Shown here: one piece after another, positions 12,452-26,500 of the stretch
Position numbering within the stretch: position 1 is the first letter of the stretch
Layout of the letters: each line of letters starts with the position of its first letter
Source of the DNA: Trichoplax adhaerens
Taxonomy: Eukaryota > Animalia > Placozoa
DNA length: 64,000 nt
Direction: 5' to 3'
Assembly: GCF_000150275.1 (NCBI RefSeq)
Contig: NW_002060955.1
Coordinates: 974,287-1,038,286 of the forward strand
Made by a program: the position numbers and the translations under genes
Notes under the pieces: model-generated
Databases searched by the model: none
Seen by the model: the letters and a program-made list of their open reading frames with translations, nothing else
Told to the model about the DNA's origin: nothing

Positions 12452-15400
12452 AACACTACCATGAAGTTCTTGCTATAGTCAGTTATTGTTTTACAAAACT
12501 TCTTACGATTAATTGATATTCGTCAAGCATAAATTATCTCGAGATTAATGAAATCTTTGAATCAAGACTGACAAAATACGCAATATCTTTGTAGCATGTT
12601 TAACGATAATTTCGTAGCGTAGTTATTGGTATTAGTTTTTTACTGCTTATTTCTAACTTCGCTATTTTTATTTGTACTTGAAAAATTTATTCGTGGGATT
12701 TTTGACTGATATTGAAATTTATAAGCTCGAGCTTTAATTCTTTAATTCATACGTTTTGATACTTTTGCAGCCACAGTAGAATCCGATATTTCTGTAATCT
12801 ACTGTTATAACCGAGCATATTCAAAGCTCATGATTTGTTAATCAAATGTGATTAGATAGAAGTAGAATTTAGCTTTATAAATGCTTCATGAAATTAAACC
12901 AATTACCTCGCAAAGCTAAAAAAAGTCCTTTATTTTCAAGCAATATCGTAATGAATGCATTAGTACTGACCACTTACACTAATATTGATACGATCTGCAA
13001 AGCTAAGTGCAGCACTAGTCGCTGGATTATTAAATCTTATCGTTTAGGGGTCGAAACTTGCAATAAAATTTCTTTCAAAAATATAAAAGTCAATTTGATT
13101 ATTGTAAATAATTTAGTGATAAAAGGTAATTGGATACCAGGCAAATAGTAGATTACCAGTGCATTTTGCGGTCTGCATCTTTTTTAAAGCACAGCAGTGT
13201 AATAGTGTTATCTTAAGGTTGTGTATTTCTTATAGCTTCCTTCGAAGCGGTATCGTAAGCCAAACTTCGACCTAAGATATCCCCGTCACTTTCTGATTAC
13301 ATTAATAATTTACTTTTATCTGCATTGAAGTATTAGTGAAGACGAACAAAAATTGCGGATGATTTGAGAGTAATGGTAGACAATTTAATTATTATTGAAA
13401 ATGCATATACCAACTGTAGAGCCTTGACTTCATTGCTTCGTAAAGTATGAAGTGAGGAAGTAGTATTTTACAGATCTATTATGAGGTAAAGATCTTACTG
13501 TAAAATTATAGTTTATTCCTTTTTGCACTTACATTTTGAAATTATTCCAATTTTGTAATAAGTAATTTTTAAGCAAATTACAATTTGGGTCTTAAAATGA
13601 GATTGAATGAATAGCTGTCCAAGCCTATTTTAATGTCTGGTTATAAAGGCTACAGAGGTGAAGAAAAGCTTCAATCAAAGATACTTAGCTTTAGGCCGAA
13701 GTTGGAGATTACCTGGAAAATGTTTAAGCGATACCAACTTATTCATCTATTTTTATTATCATAAGTAGTTAAAGTAGGTAAATTAATCGATGTAAATATA
13801 ACTTGCTGCAGGAGACGTTCTCTATTAGTGTTAAAGAAATTCGCGACACCGTTTTGCATAAGGCTTCTCTTATAAAAATAGTATTATTTGGATTACAAGA
13901 GGTATTGTTCAAGCCACAAATAATTTTCAGTAAGGAATTTACAACCAAAAACTGAACTTCAATATCAGTCAAACAGGTTTTAAAGATGAAAGTTAAATTA
14001 TTGGAAACATGATTCTCTGTTGCATACAAGGACATTAAATAAAGGCAGTAAATATATAAGATTTAAACAATAGTTGGGCCATTGGCCTATTTCTGGTTTA
14101 TCCATAACTTTAGAATGACTTTATCATATCTTTATATAGAATCTATAGGTAGCACAGATCGAAAGAAGAGTACCTAGTACTCTTTTTACGCTATTCATAT
14201 CCTATTGAGGTGTATGCTTTAGTAAGTACCGCATGCGGTATCTTAATGTAGAAATTTCAAAATTGTGGTCACTCGTACATCTAGTACGAATAAGTGAATA
14301 AAAAATGCTGTCTCATCACTTAGCAGGCTTAGTTATTTGAGGTTTAAGTGCAATTAAACTTCAAATATGGAACGCTTGAATAATTATATTGTGGAATCAA
14401 ACACAATGTCGTTAGATGAGCATAAACGAATTCATACTAAGCAAAATGATGATAAGCAAGAATGCATGTGCTAGAATATGCAAAATCTCAACATCACAAG
14501 CGGCCATGATTCAATTCATGTTGTATTTAAGAATATAGTACTCATATAGTGTCTATCAGATTATGCAAATTAGATCTTTAAAGTATTCACACCTAAAATA
14601 GTGTTACGTTTGTAATACTGAATATAACATTATAAGTCCTGTGTTTTAACGAGATCACACGGACCCAAGTTCAGAATGTACTAGATATTTGTTTTCGTTG
14701 CAAAGGGTAATACCAACTGTATGTTATCTGTTTGATGAGTATAAATGCGTTTGGATTGTAAAATAAAAGGGGATTTTTGTTGCAGGTCGTTTGCGAGCGT
14801 ATTATTGTGGCGCAGTAGCTAGTTTATTGCTGAGATCTACGTCCATTTTTGGATTGTTACGTTGTAGAATAACAAATAGTAACTTAAGTCAGTTACCGTA
14901 TACGCTGACCAAAAAGTGACTTGAAAATGAATACTATGATATTATGTTGTCATAATGTAAGATACAGTATGATCAAATTAGATATGATCAAACTAGACTG
15001 AACCGTGCTGGTCTAAATCAGATGAAATCCTTGACATACCCTATGCAATAAAGTATTTTACCCCTGGATTAGTAATTTAACTCAGTTACCGCATATATAT
15101 GTCGTTTACTGTATAGATAATCGGTCATTTTGCAAACGATTATATCATTGTTATAGATCTTCTTTGTAACAAGAAACCGGGTCTTAAACACTATCTTCAC
15201 TAGTACTTGTGTTCCCAATTAACTTAGGGACCTATCGTAGTTGAACTAACTCTCAGCTACACAAAAAGCTACTATTGAGTAATAGGTTTAACTACTTTAC
15301 TTTATTTTCGTTAACCTTAGTCGTAAAATGTACTAAAGAAAAACGTAAGAATATTCTTAGCAATAATAGTCAAAAGATCCTGCAAATGACTAACTGGAAC

Positions 15401-15934
15401 TGAGAAGCTAAGCTAGTGCTCCGCTTCTTATAGTCTCGCCGATGGTACACTTGTGAATATTCTTGAAATAGTGGCTTACACCGTACAGTATACATATCAT
15501 AGTATAACAACTAGAGCCTCAAGGCCCTGCAAAGTAATTGATCTTACACTTATGGTCTGAACCGGATGCAGTGCTTGACATATACAATCTAAGCAGTTAA
15601 TAACATTGAATTTATAGCATATAAGGTAATATAGTTCAAACTTTCTCATTAACATCGAATAAAAGACAAAAATTGGAGCTTGTGCTCAGAAGATTAGCCA
15701 TAAAATAACTATACCCTGTGCACGACAGTCATACAATTGCACTGAGCTAATATTACAGTACTATTATATGTATTGCAAAGTAAAGATGCAACGGCTCCAA
15801 TTGCTAGCTAAAAATGGCGATGAGCACCTTATAGTGGATCTATAAACACTATCTCATCCCTTAGTGATCGTCCTATAGTCATTACTTTGGCGATAGACCA
15901 TAAATTGACAAGATACAATAAATTCCAAGTTGCG

Positions 15935-15955
15935 GTTGCTAAGCAAAATCACGTG
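15935..15955 (+). promoter_or_regulatory. RFX X-box-like motif plus adjacent E-box upstream of the dynein gene
   Basis: GTTGCTAAGCAAA (one mismatch to the GTTGC-N3-GCAAC palindrome) immediately followed by CACGTG, ~1.6 kb upstream of an axonemal dynein. RFX control of ciliary genes is established. Confidence 0.4.
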
Positions 15956-17560
15956 GCAGCAACAGCTTTGATAATTTCAACTTGTCATCATTGATTAAGT
16001 AACAGAATTATATTTTAGTTATTGTTTTCAACTAGACACTGAATAATAATTATAAATAGAACAAAACATTACATTACTAGACTACCGGATCATCCTTTTA
16101 ACATAAATTACTGTAACATGTCAAAATTGCCTCTTGGTAATCAGTAATTAACTGTTTTATATTGTATTGTATACGTTGAAACAAATTGCAAATAATTTCT
16201 ACCCATTTTAGTACAACAGTTACACGTCGCGATCGAAGAGTGATAACTCCTACTTTGAAAACTTTATACATTACTTTAACAGTTAGAGCGATTAACACCT
16301 CTAGATTGTCATTCACTGACACCAATATCGATACTAAGTTTTAAGTTAGATAGCGATCATGGCTTTATGTAGGCTTCTACTATCAAAATTATAAAGGTAG
16401 CGGAAACAAATACAAGTCGTTTGTAACATGGCGAGTTCTAAGAATTTACCTGTAAGTTATATTGGATTAAAATGTTCTAATGCTATTACACGAGCAATAA
16501 ATACCTGTCATAATTCTTTATCAATTCGTATATCGGAAATAATGATTCTTATTTTTAGCATGATATTCTCATCAAAAAGAAATAGTATTGACGCCCTAAA
16601 ACAAGCACCCTTAATTGTTGACAGTATTAAGGTAGAACAACGAATGTGCAAGTCTACAATCTACGCCACTATAATCGAAAACAATATAGTCATAACCACA
16701 GCAATATACTTTACACTAAGACCAAACAACGAGGACGCTGTATGTGTATTTAATTCTGTATGCCACGATAGTTGGCCAAATCGAATTGAATATGAGCTAA
16801 AATATTTTAAAAGTAACTCAATCTAAACCTATAAGAGTGATTTTAAGTAAGACTAACCCAGAACATGAACGAGTTGATACAGTTTTCTATATCTTCTATT
16901 TGCTTTTGGATTTATAAGCTACTATATGTCTTATTGAGTATAGACAGTACGATAGATAAATTATCAAATATGCCATAAATGATTAACAAGCAAGACTATT
17001 ATACCATAGAATTAAATGTAATCATCGATTCTTTTCAATTTTTGTCTTCAATTTATTTCTTTGATTTACCTTTGTCGAGGGGAAAAATAAGTAAAGTAAA
17101 GAGTAAAAGAAGTAAAGTTATTTTTATTCTTCATATCTTACAACTTATATAAATCGTCTCAATGACAGCAAATAAGAAGCTTGCGCTATCATTAAATAGT
17201 CATAGTGCATTGACTATGGCAAGCATTTCAGGCTTTTAATCTAAATCAAATTAGGTTCTACTAAGATTTAAATCGTCGTTTATATAATTTAATAAACTAA
17301 AATGATCGGTAAGTGGTCAGTTATGACTGTAATAGAAGTTTCCTAATAGTTTGGCTAGATATGGTAGTTATAAGCCATAGCATATATTTACAGCGGGCTA
17401 GTTTAGCCCTACGAAGAAACAGGATTATCATTTTAAGCAATTGATGCCTATTTACATCGATAGTGACTCATTTTAAGTAATTTAGGATGCAGTTTGACTT
17501 TTATCTTGAAGTTCACCATCTCTCATCACTTGAATGCATATCTATATATTTATCTATTAG

Positions 17561-20500
17561 CCTGGTAAAGTTGTAAGGCAGTCAGCGTTTGCCGGTGATA
17601 ATGCTCAGACAAACATCAATCATATGAATAAAACCAGTGACCTCCATGATGAGATTAACATCATGGCAAGTAATTTTAAAAGACCTGATTTCGTTTCACA
17701 TCTTCCACCATTGGATATACCACAGGTAAATTCTTTGGTAAATAATGAATCGCAATTAAACATTCATAAATGAAATGGACGGTAGCAAACGATAAAGTTA
17801 TCAAAATGTAGCGAAATAATGACAGTAATATTATCTATAGCTCTATGGCTATCAAGTAAATTTTTATTTAACAATTGTACCTTAACCTATTTAGCCTGCA
17901 TATAGTACTAAACCTAAAGTAGTTCAAGATAGCACTTGGACACATTCATCGCCAACTAAAGAAGAACGCCATTTTCGCCATGTTAGGTTCGTTAAAGATT
18001 CATTTGATGCATATATATTAATATGAAATGATTCGGAATAGAAGTGTTATCTTTAAATAATCTAACGTGGATTTTACTTACATAGTGACTCTATCGGAAA
18101 TAACTACAGCCCTAGAGCTAAAGTTTTAACTTCATCGTATGTCTACGAAGCAACTCAACCACGTAAGCTAACTCTAAGTGCTTCATTTACTATTTATAAT
18201 CAGTTCTTAATTCTGAATAATGGTAATAGCCATTCGTTTCATTTATTTCCGATCTTATTTTAAATATAGATATTGCAAATAAACGTAAGCGAACCAAGAG
18301 TTTGCCACCTATGAAGTACTCGCAAAGTATTTCGCTGTTGCAATTAAAACCTTCACATTATATAAGTTATGAAGAGGCGGATGCCACTTCTGTATCTAAC
18401 CATGGCGCTAGTAATGGGTAATTTATAATATAAGTTAATAAGAAATTATCCTTCTTCCTTTACTTTCCTTCTTTAAAGCTGCATACAGCAGCTCATAGTA
18501 ATTACAGTCTATGTCTTATTAAGTCTGGCTACCGTGCTAATCATCTATCTTTCAAACTTTACTTTCATGGCAACGAAAATCATAGAAATTCGAATTATCG
18601 AGGTAACAACCGTGATCAAGCATCGCCAAAAATGCAATATTTAGCAGGTACCAATATTGAAGAAACCTTGGCCAATGGTAATGATCGTAATAAGGCTAAA
18701 CACCTATTAGAAGGAATTCAAGAAGAAGGATTATCGTACGTTGCTCAATGATCCATTTCTACAACTTCTATTCCATTCGCTACTGAACAGGTATCGTTTT
18801 ATCTATTCAATCTAACTTCTCTCTTTTTTTGTTAACAATTAGTAAAGCCAAAGTTAGAAATGGTAGAAATGAAAGAATTAAGAATAAGAGAACTAGCTTC
18901 GCTGATCGAAATATCAAGGATAAACAAGAAATGTCCAATCTGATTATCAATGGAAGTTTCAATTATGATGAAAAGGCTGAAATAAATGGCAATTCCAAAC
19001 AAGACTCAGAAGTGACTGTTTTGCTCAATACTAGTACTTCATACGATTTCAGCAATCATGTTATTAGTATCGAAAACAGCAAAAATGCATCTAAAAATTA
19101 CTCGTTAGATAGTCATACCGATGCCGGTGATTCCGCTCATTTAGTACCCAAATCAATAAATACCAATCGTCTGGGTCGTTTTACGCCAGCCAGTAGCTTG
19201 TTTTCGAGTTCTGTAAGTTCTTTTAATCCGTCAACGCAATTACCAACGAGATTATGTTCAGCAATGTCAGACGAGGAAGTGACCGAAGCTGATCAACAGT
19301 TAGTTTACAATGGGATGTAAGTTAAAGTTAATCTACGATTCTGACATGTACAAATTGATACACTACTAGATTAACAAGAATTCTAAATCGTTTAATCACT
19401 GCTTTATTAAACCCTTTTCTAGAAATTATAGCAAAGAAGAGATAGCATGTCTAAATATTGAATTCTTACCGGCACGTTTTGTAACTGAGGGTTTAGCGCG
19501 TCCTGCAAGTCCAATAACTGAAATTCAGCTAGAACGTTATCATAATTTAATCTATAAAGCCATTCCTAATACTGTCGTACAACCTTTGAATCCAGAATGG
19601 ATAGAAAATGCGTATCATCTTGTACCACAACAATTAAGAATTAGCTACAAAGAACACGTTAAGAAATTAACAGAGGTAGTTTAATTTCACGAAACTTTGA
19701 AAGATGCCATTTAAAAGTGTTTTAAGTTTTTATTGGTGACATGCTACCATGTTGATTTCTAATTTGTCCCATACAAATATTATTTTGTATTTTTATAGCA
19801 AATGGATGAATGCTACTACCTCAGTGTTAAGAAAGCTATATTAGATTATATTTTGCTAGATAAACAAGAACAAAAGCGCTTAGGGATTGCCACCAGACCC
19901 AAGGTTCGAAGTGTGATAATATCGCAGTACCTGTCATAGTGTAAATAAAGATATTTTTAACTTTTCACTGCAACAGAAGCGTAGCTTCATTACAGTTGTT
20001 TGCAATGGTACGAAAATTTTAATTTTAGGTTATGAAAATCTATTTTGCTGCTGCTTAATTTATTTTATTAGCTTCAACTGCATGTAAGACAGCATGGAAA
20101 AGCATTAAAGTTATAATTTTTTATTTTCTGTTGTCAAATTTGTCCTACTAATACGCCAACTCAGCTACCCCTACCAGCTGGACGAGAATATTTTCCATGG
20201 CACGAATCCATGTCTGAAGCAAAACAGAATCTAGAATCCAGTCTCTTCACTACTCATGCGGTTACTAGAGAATTAATTAATCTATGGATAACAAAGTGAG
20301 CAAAATGATAGAATCGTAAAATACTATTGGTCTTCAGTGATGTTTTAAGATCAATTAGTTAGGATTGATGGGTGATATTTCCGCTACTATAATCGTTACC
20401 ACGGAATTTTATCCATGTTAATTTCATCAAAATTGTCTTCCATTTTGTATTCATTTTCATAGGAATAGTGCAACATGACAAATTAGTCTCATAGCTTAGA

Positions 20501-23500
20501 TGATAAAATTATAATCATTTAATATTAGTTTTCTACAATAGTGGGTGGAAATTTTTGCAACCATTATAACGCACCATCTGATCAATATTGATACAGGTAC
20601 AACAATTTCCGTCTATTCGATATGGATGACTTACGACGCAGCTTCTTCATGACGGTAGAAAAGTTTCATGAATATTTAAGCAAATCCAGTGAGAAAGCAG
20701 TGGCTGAATTAAAATCAACGTGGTTACCCCAATGTGGTACAATTGCAGCTTCCTTTAAGGAAGATATTGAGAAGAGAATGCCGAATGATGAGGTGATTAA
20801 GAAACTATATCAATCATCATAAATGTTGAAATTAATCGTACAACATCATTTATTTGAGCAAGTTGTACTAAGTTCATCGTCTTCAATCATTAGGAAGGAA
20901 GATTAAATAAAATGGATTCTTTTTTTGACTGCGTGGCTGGATTAATGTCTATACAAATTCGTAGTGCCGTCTTGCATTCGATCTACGATTTAGTGGAATT
21001 AACAGAAGAATATAGTAATGGCAATAACTACGATGGAGAGTATTTTCATAGTAATCAAACTAAAACCATCCATCCTATTGTCATTTTTACTGTAAGTAAA
21101 GTTGAATTTTGTTTATTCAATGATCTTACAAACATATAATAGCAAAAATTACATTGCACTTGGAAATTATTTCCTGATAGTTGCTTATTTATTCTATTTA
21201 ACGCATAGGATGGCAGTATCGAAGGGCAAGACATTATCTTTAAGCCAACCATAACTGAGATTATCGAGAAAATTAATATTATCATCAATATGATGTTAGA
21301 TAGTATTAAAGGGATACCAAGAGTTGAATATCAGTTATTTTACCTAGAAGACGATAATCAAGACATTCGTTGTATCGAAGTTCTACGAAGTGAAGAAGAA
21401 TTAGTCCTAATGGCCAAGCAAAGGATAGAAGAAGTTATTCGAAATAATTTGCACGGTCCAGTAAGGTCTGTTTGGAAATCTATCCTCTATATAGTTAATA
21501 ATTTAACTTAGCTACCATAAGAATGATTACTTATATTCATCCTCATATCTTGCTTGTCATATTTTTCTTAGATATCGATCTGTCTATCAACCATATAATT
21601 ACTTATTGACTAAAAAAGCCATTGAAGATTGTGAAATATTTGTACAAGAAGACCATTCACTCGAAGAATACGTTGCTAAAATTGAAAAATTTCAAGACAT
21701 GATCACAGAAATTGGCTCATTACCAGTTTTAGTACCGATGCATTTGTTCACTTTAAATTGCGATGGAGCGAATAGAGTTAGTTTTTAGTTGACTTTAGGC
21801 TTAAATTAATGTGATAAAATAATATTTAGGGCACCAGAAATAATTCTTATAACTTCTGTTTTTATCATACCTAGTTTTTGATCAATCAAGCGCGTATGTT
21901 AATTAATACACTGGTGCAAAATATTGTGGATAAAAGTCGGAAATTTAATCGAAAGATATGCAATGACTACAACGATATCGTGGCTAGAATGACTATGATA
22001 CCAAATAATACTGAAGAATTGGTCAAATTGTCCAATTATACAGATGGTTTACGTGGAGGGGCTTTACTGAAGCTTTTGGTAAGATTTTTAAATTACATAT
22101 AGATGCTTACAATTTTATTCCTTTGCGGCTCAATCTAAATTTTTTTTCAATAATTCCTTTATTATAATAGGATAAAATTAACATTGCTGCGGATAATGTT
22201 CTCTTCTTGATGGATTTTGCTATTTTGCCCGATGAAGATATCCAATTGAATAACATTACCTTTACTTGGCCTGCCCGCATATTGCCGATGATTAGTGCCA
22301 AGTAAGTCTAGTTAGCGAGGATATAATCATGAAATAGAGAAAGTTTATTTGTATAGATTTTTAATATCCTTGTAAATCCTTTCTGGCTGATGTTACACAA
22401 GTTTTAGCTTCTTACCAAATTTACTGTGACTGAAATTATTCTACGCTCAAAAATTCTTGATGCGAGCGTTGTTATAGTCTGCAGAAGTTTTATAGTATTC
22501 ATGAGATTTTAAAATTAAATATTTCCTGAGTTATAAGACAAGTCTAGTAATTAGTAGTAGCTTACTTATTTGCCAAGTCATAGCATGATCTATTTATGTT
22601 AGCCATAGCCTTCGAAATATAGATACTACAACGTAAGTATGCTATATATTTAGTAGTAGTCTCTAATTCTCGTCAGAGGATGAAATAAATCGATTGGCGA
22701 GAATTTATGCAGAATTCTAAATCTTATGGATTTATATACGTATTCTGTCACAGATTTAGTTTACATTGATTAGCTTTAAGCCAACTCAGAATAATAGTAT
22801 ACATAAAAAGTATTCATTTCGCAGATATGGCAATAATAAATCTTTATTTCAATTCGAAAAAATATAGCGAATTACAGATCAACGCTCGTCATGATCAAGC
22901 CGTTGCTCATTTAAATCAGTGGCTAAAAAGATTCGATTATAATACTAAGGAATTGATGAAAGATGTCCAATCATTCGAACCGAAGGAAAGATTGGCAGAG
23001 TCTGAGACTTATCATTACGAATTAAATGAAATCCAAGAGAAACTTGAAGAATTATTCGAAGAGGTAGGTACTAGTGAACGCCTTAAAATAAATTGTAATT
23101 ACCTTTCGTATTTTATAGCAACATATCAAAAATATCTCACAGTAAATAGTCATCTAATATGTAAAACAAAATCTTTTTTAACTTTATTTGATCATAGAAA
23201 CAACAAATTAATAGAGAAGAAGAATTATTAGGATGTGAAGTAAAATCTACATTTCCTATTCTACAAGAAATTGTCAGTAAGAAAGATCCATTTGACAAGT
23301 TATGGAAAACTGTTGTGACTTATAATAATAATGCTAAAAACTGGATGAATGGATCCATGCTGAAACTAAATGCCGAACAGTTGGAAGAACAGGTTTGCGC
23401 TTATCTAGATTTTTAGGATACTGCTTAAGAATTATATAGCTTTTATAAAGTATAAATACTCTATATATTATATTAGCAGTGATGTAGGATTGATAAATTT

Positions 23501-26500
23501 ACCTCACGTGTTATTGTAGATAAATTTTAATGTATTTCGAATCTTTTATTATGTTAATGCTATCACAAGGTAATGGATTTATGGAGGACCAGTTATCGAT
23601 TAACGAAAGAATTCCTACGTCAAGATCTGCCTGGACCTTTGCGAGCAACAACTAGTATTAAGGGTAAACTGGATAAATTTAAAATCTATATGCCGCTAAT
23701 TCGCGCTCTTTGCAATCCCGGATTAAAAGATCGGCATTGGCAAGCAATGAGTGAAGTTGTAAGTCTATAAGCATAATCTTTATTAGAATTAATGATACGT
23801 TAACTGAGCACAATGTAATACCACGTTGCCGAAAAGAAGCATAATGTTATAAGCAATCTTATTATACAAAGAATAATATCAACTTTATTATAATGGATAT
23901 ATTTAACCTAACCCAATATTATAAAATTTTACTGAAAAGAAATATTATAAGTAATTTTATTGATCAAAGAATAATATCAACTTTATTATACTATATAATA
24001 AGTTAACGTGATATAATACCACTTTACCGAAAAGGAATCTGAATAATATTAAAAATTTTATCGATCAGGGAAAAATATAATTCTGCTTATATTGAAAACT
24101 TCGTTATATGTCTAGGTTGGACAAGATATAACGCCGAATGACAAGACTTCCTTAAGTGATATGTTTAGTTTGGGATTGGACAAATATGTTGATCGCTTAA
24201 CAGAGATTAGTGTAATTGCCAGTAGAGAATATGCACTAGAAAAGGTAAGACTAGCTAGATAGACTTTATTGATCGAAAAGAAATTAATGCACAACATATC
24301 AGGAGAGAAAATTAGTACTTAGCCTCAATATCCTTTTATACGTATGCCTAATAAATTGACAAAGCAACTACTTCGCAATAAATAGTTACTTTTGTCGGAC
24401 TCTCACTCTCTTATTATATTGATTGGATAGCATTTAATTCAAAAGCTAAATGACACAGTTATTGAACGTTTTATTCTTGTACTGGAATCATAGGCTCTGG
24501 ATAAGATGTCTCAAGATTGGGAAACTATTCATTTTACCTTTGTGCCATATCGAGATACTGAATTAAATATTTTATCATCCTTTGATGATATTCAGGTTAG
24601 AAGGCAAAATGGAGCCTTAACTCTCCTTTTTTTGTAATATATCATCATTTATTTACCCTTATAGCATATTTAATGATGAACTGAATTTGCTAATGGTTCG
24701 CTTTAAATAGATTCTCCTGGATGATCAAATTGTTAAGACTGTCACTATGAAAATGTCACCAGTAATCGGACCATTTGCAGGACAAGTTGAAGCATGGGAG
24801 AAGAAATTGGTAAGATAGATGATGATTAATCATAATTGGCAAGGGAAATATTTATATTCGTTTTATGTAAAAATTGTTTATATCATCCATAACAGAGGAG
24901 GACACAGAACATTTTAGATGCCTGGCTTAGGGTAAGAAAAAATACTGTCCTAGATTTATTACAGCAGATAAATCGAGAAATCAAAATTTCTAAGCACATC
25001 CTCGTCATATAGGTTCAATCATCTTGGATGTATCTTGAACCTATCTTTAGTTCTAAAGATATCTGCCAGCAAATGCCAAAGGAAGGAATGAAGTTTAAGG
25101 CAGTAGACAGACAATGGTGCGTTTCTGTACATAATTTGAAATACTTCATTTAAGAGCAATCACTTCTAGTAAAAGTAGATTTCAGGAATGGAAAGCTTGA
25201 TTAATTAAAGGAGCTTAATTTTTATTGTAGGAAATCCATGATGGAAACAAGCATAGTTGATACTAAAGCGATGATTGTTGTTTCACAACCCAATATGTTA
25301 GAAGATTTGCAGGCTTCAGAGGTAATTTAACTCCGACTTGAATTGTGGATGATTATAATATTTAACTTGGAGTTTAGCATTTGATTGATAGCTCAGACCA
25401 ATAAAGTAATCTTCATACACTTTATTTCTATAAATAGTCAATGCATGCTTTTAATATTAACATAACGCCTGAAATGTTTGTCACCTTCGAACGCCGGCAT
25501 AAAATATTAAATTACTTCACATCAGAATAATATCACAATTTGCCAACGTTGTTGATTTTTTTGAGTTCAATTTTCGCGCTTGCGATATCGATATCTAGTT
25601 GACGACTAAAAGTTTTATAGGATAAACGTACATATTTGGGCGAAGTAATTCAGTCTGAGAACTTGACGTTGAATAGAAAATACTTCGGTATAGTATATAT
25701 TAATAACCGCGAGACTCTAAACCTAGATATTCATCGAAAGTAATTAATTAGATACTTTATGCATTGCACGTTTATCTGCAAATTAAAAGGCGACAATTAC
25801 TTGAGTAAAGCAAGATAATACTCCTCAGCTAAGGTGCAAGAATAATATGATAGGTGGCAATATTCTATATCAAATTATTTAGAATTATTTAGAAGTAAAT
25901 ACAATCTCCTTAGAGTTGTAAAAGAGAATTGTCTGAAATAGTAAATATCTATGCTTAGTTAGCGTTGTGCTAATTAATAACTACCAGAAAAATTGGACTT
26001 TGAGGTGTGGGTATTTGTATAGTAATGAAATTGATTCTACTTTTAATCGTCAAGAACTTTCAAACTGAAAGTATTATTTATTGCACTATAATTATTACGA
26101 TGCATTTCAAGCTATAGTTAAATCTTGATAATGATATATGAATTATTTCAACGACAAGGCTTTACTGGAAGAAATTCAGGTGGGATTGAATCGATACTTG
26201 GAAGAGAAAAGACTATTTTTCCCACGGTATATGAATATTTTCACAGTCGTTGCTTGTCATTCTATGAATTTGTTGCATTAGCAGTCTATTCTAAAGACAA
26301 TATATAAATTTTACTATCCTTGATCAAATAGATTCTTCTTCCTATCCAACGATGAATTGCTGGAAATTCTATCGGAGACGAAAGACCCATTAAGAGTACA
26401 ACCACACTTGAAAAAGATCTTTGAAGGAATAGCTAAATTGAATTTTACAGAAGACACAACTATTGTCGCGATGATTTCAGCTCAAGATGAAATTATTGAG

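Noticed and set aside
12888-16826. Short ORFs at 12888, 13769, 16098 and 16428
   Set aside because: No recognisable motifs, intergenic-like composition and no consistent splice structure.
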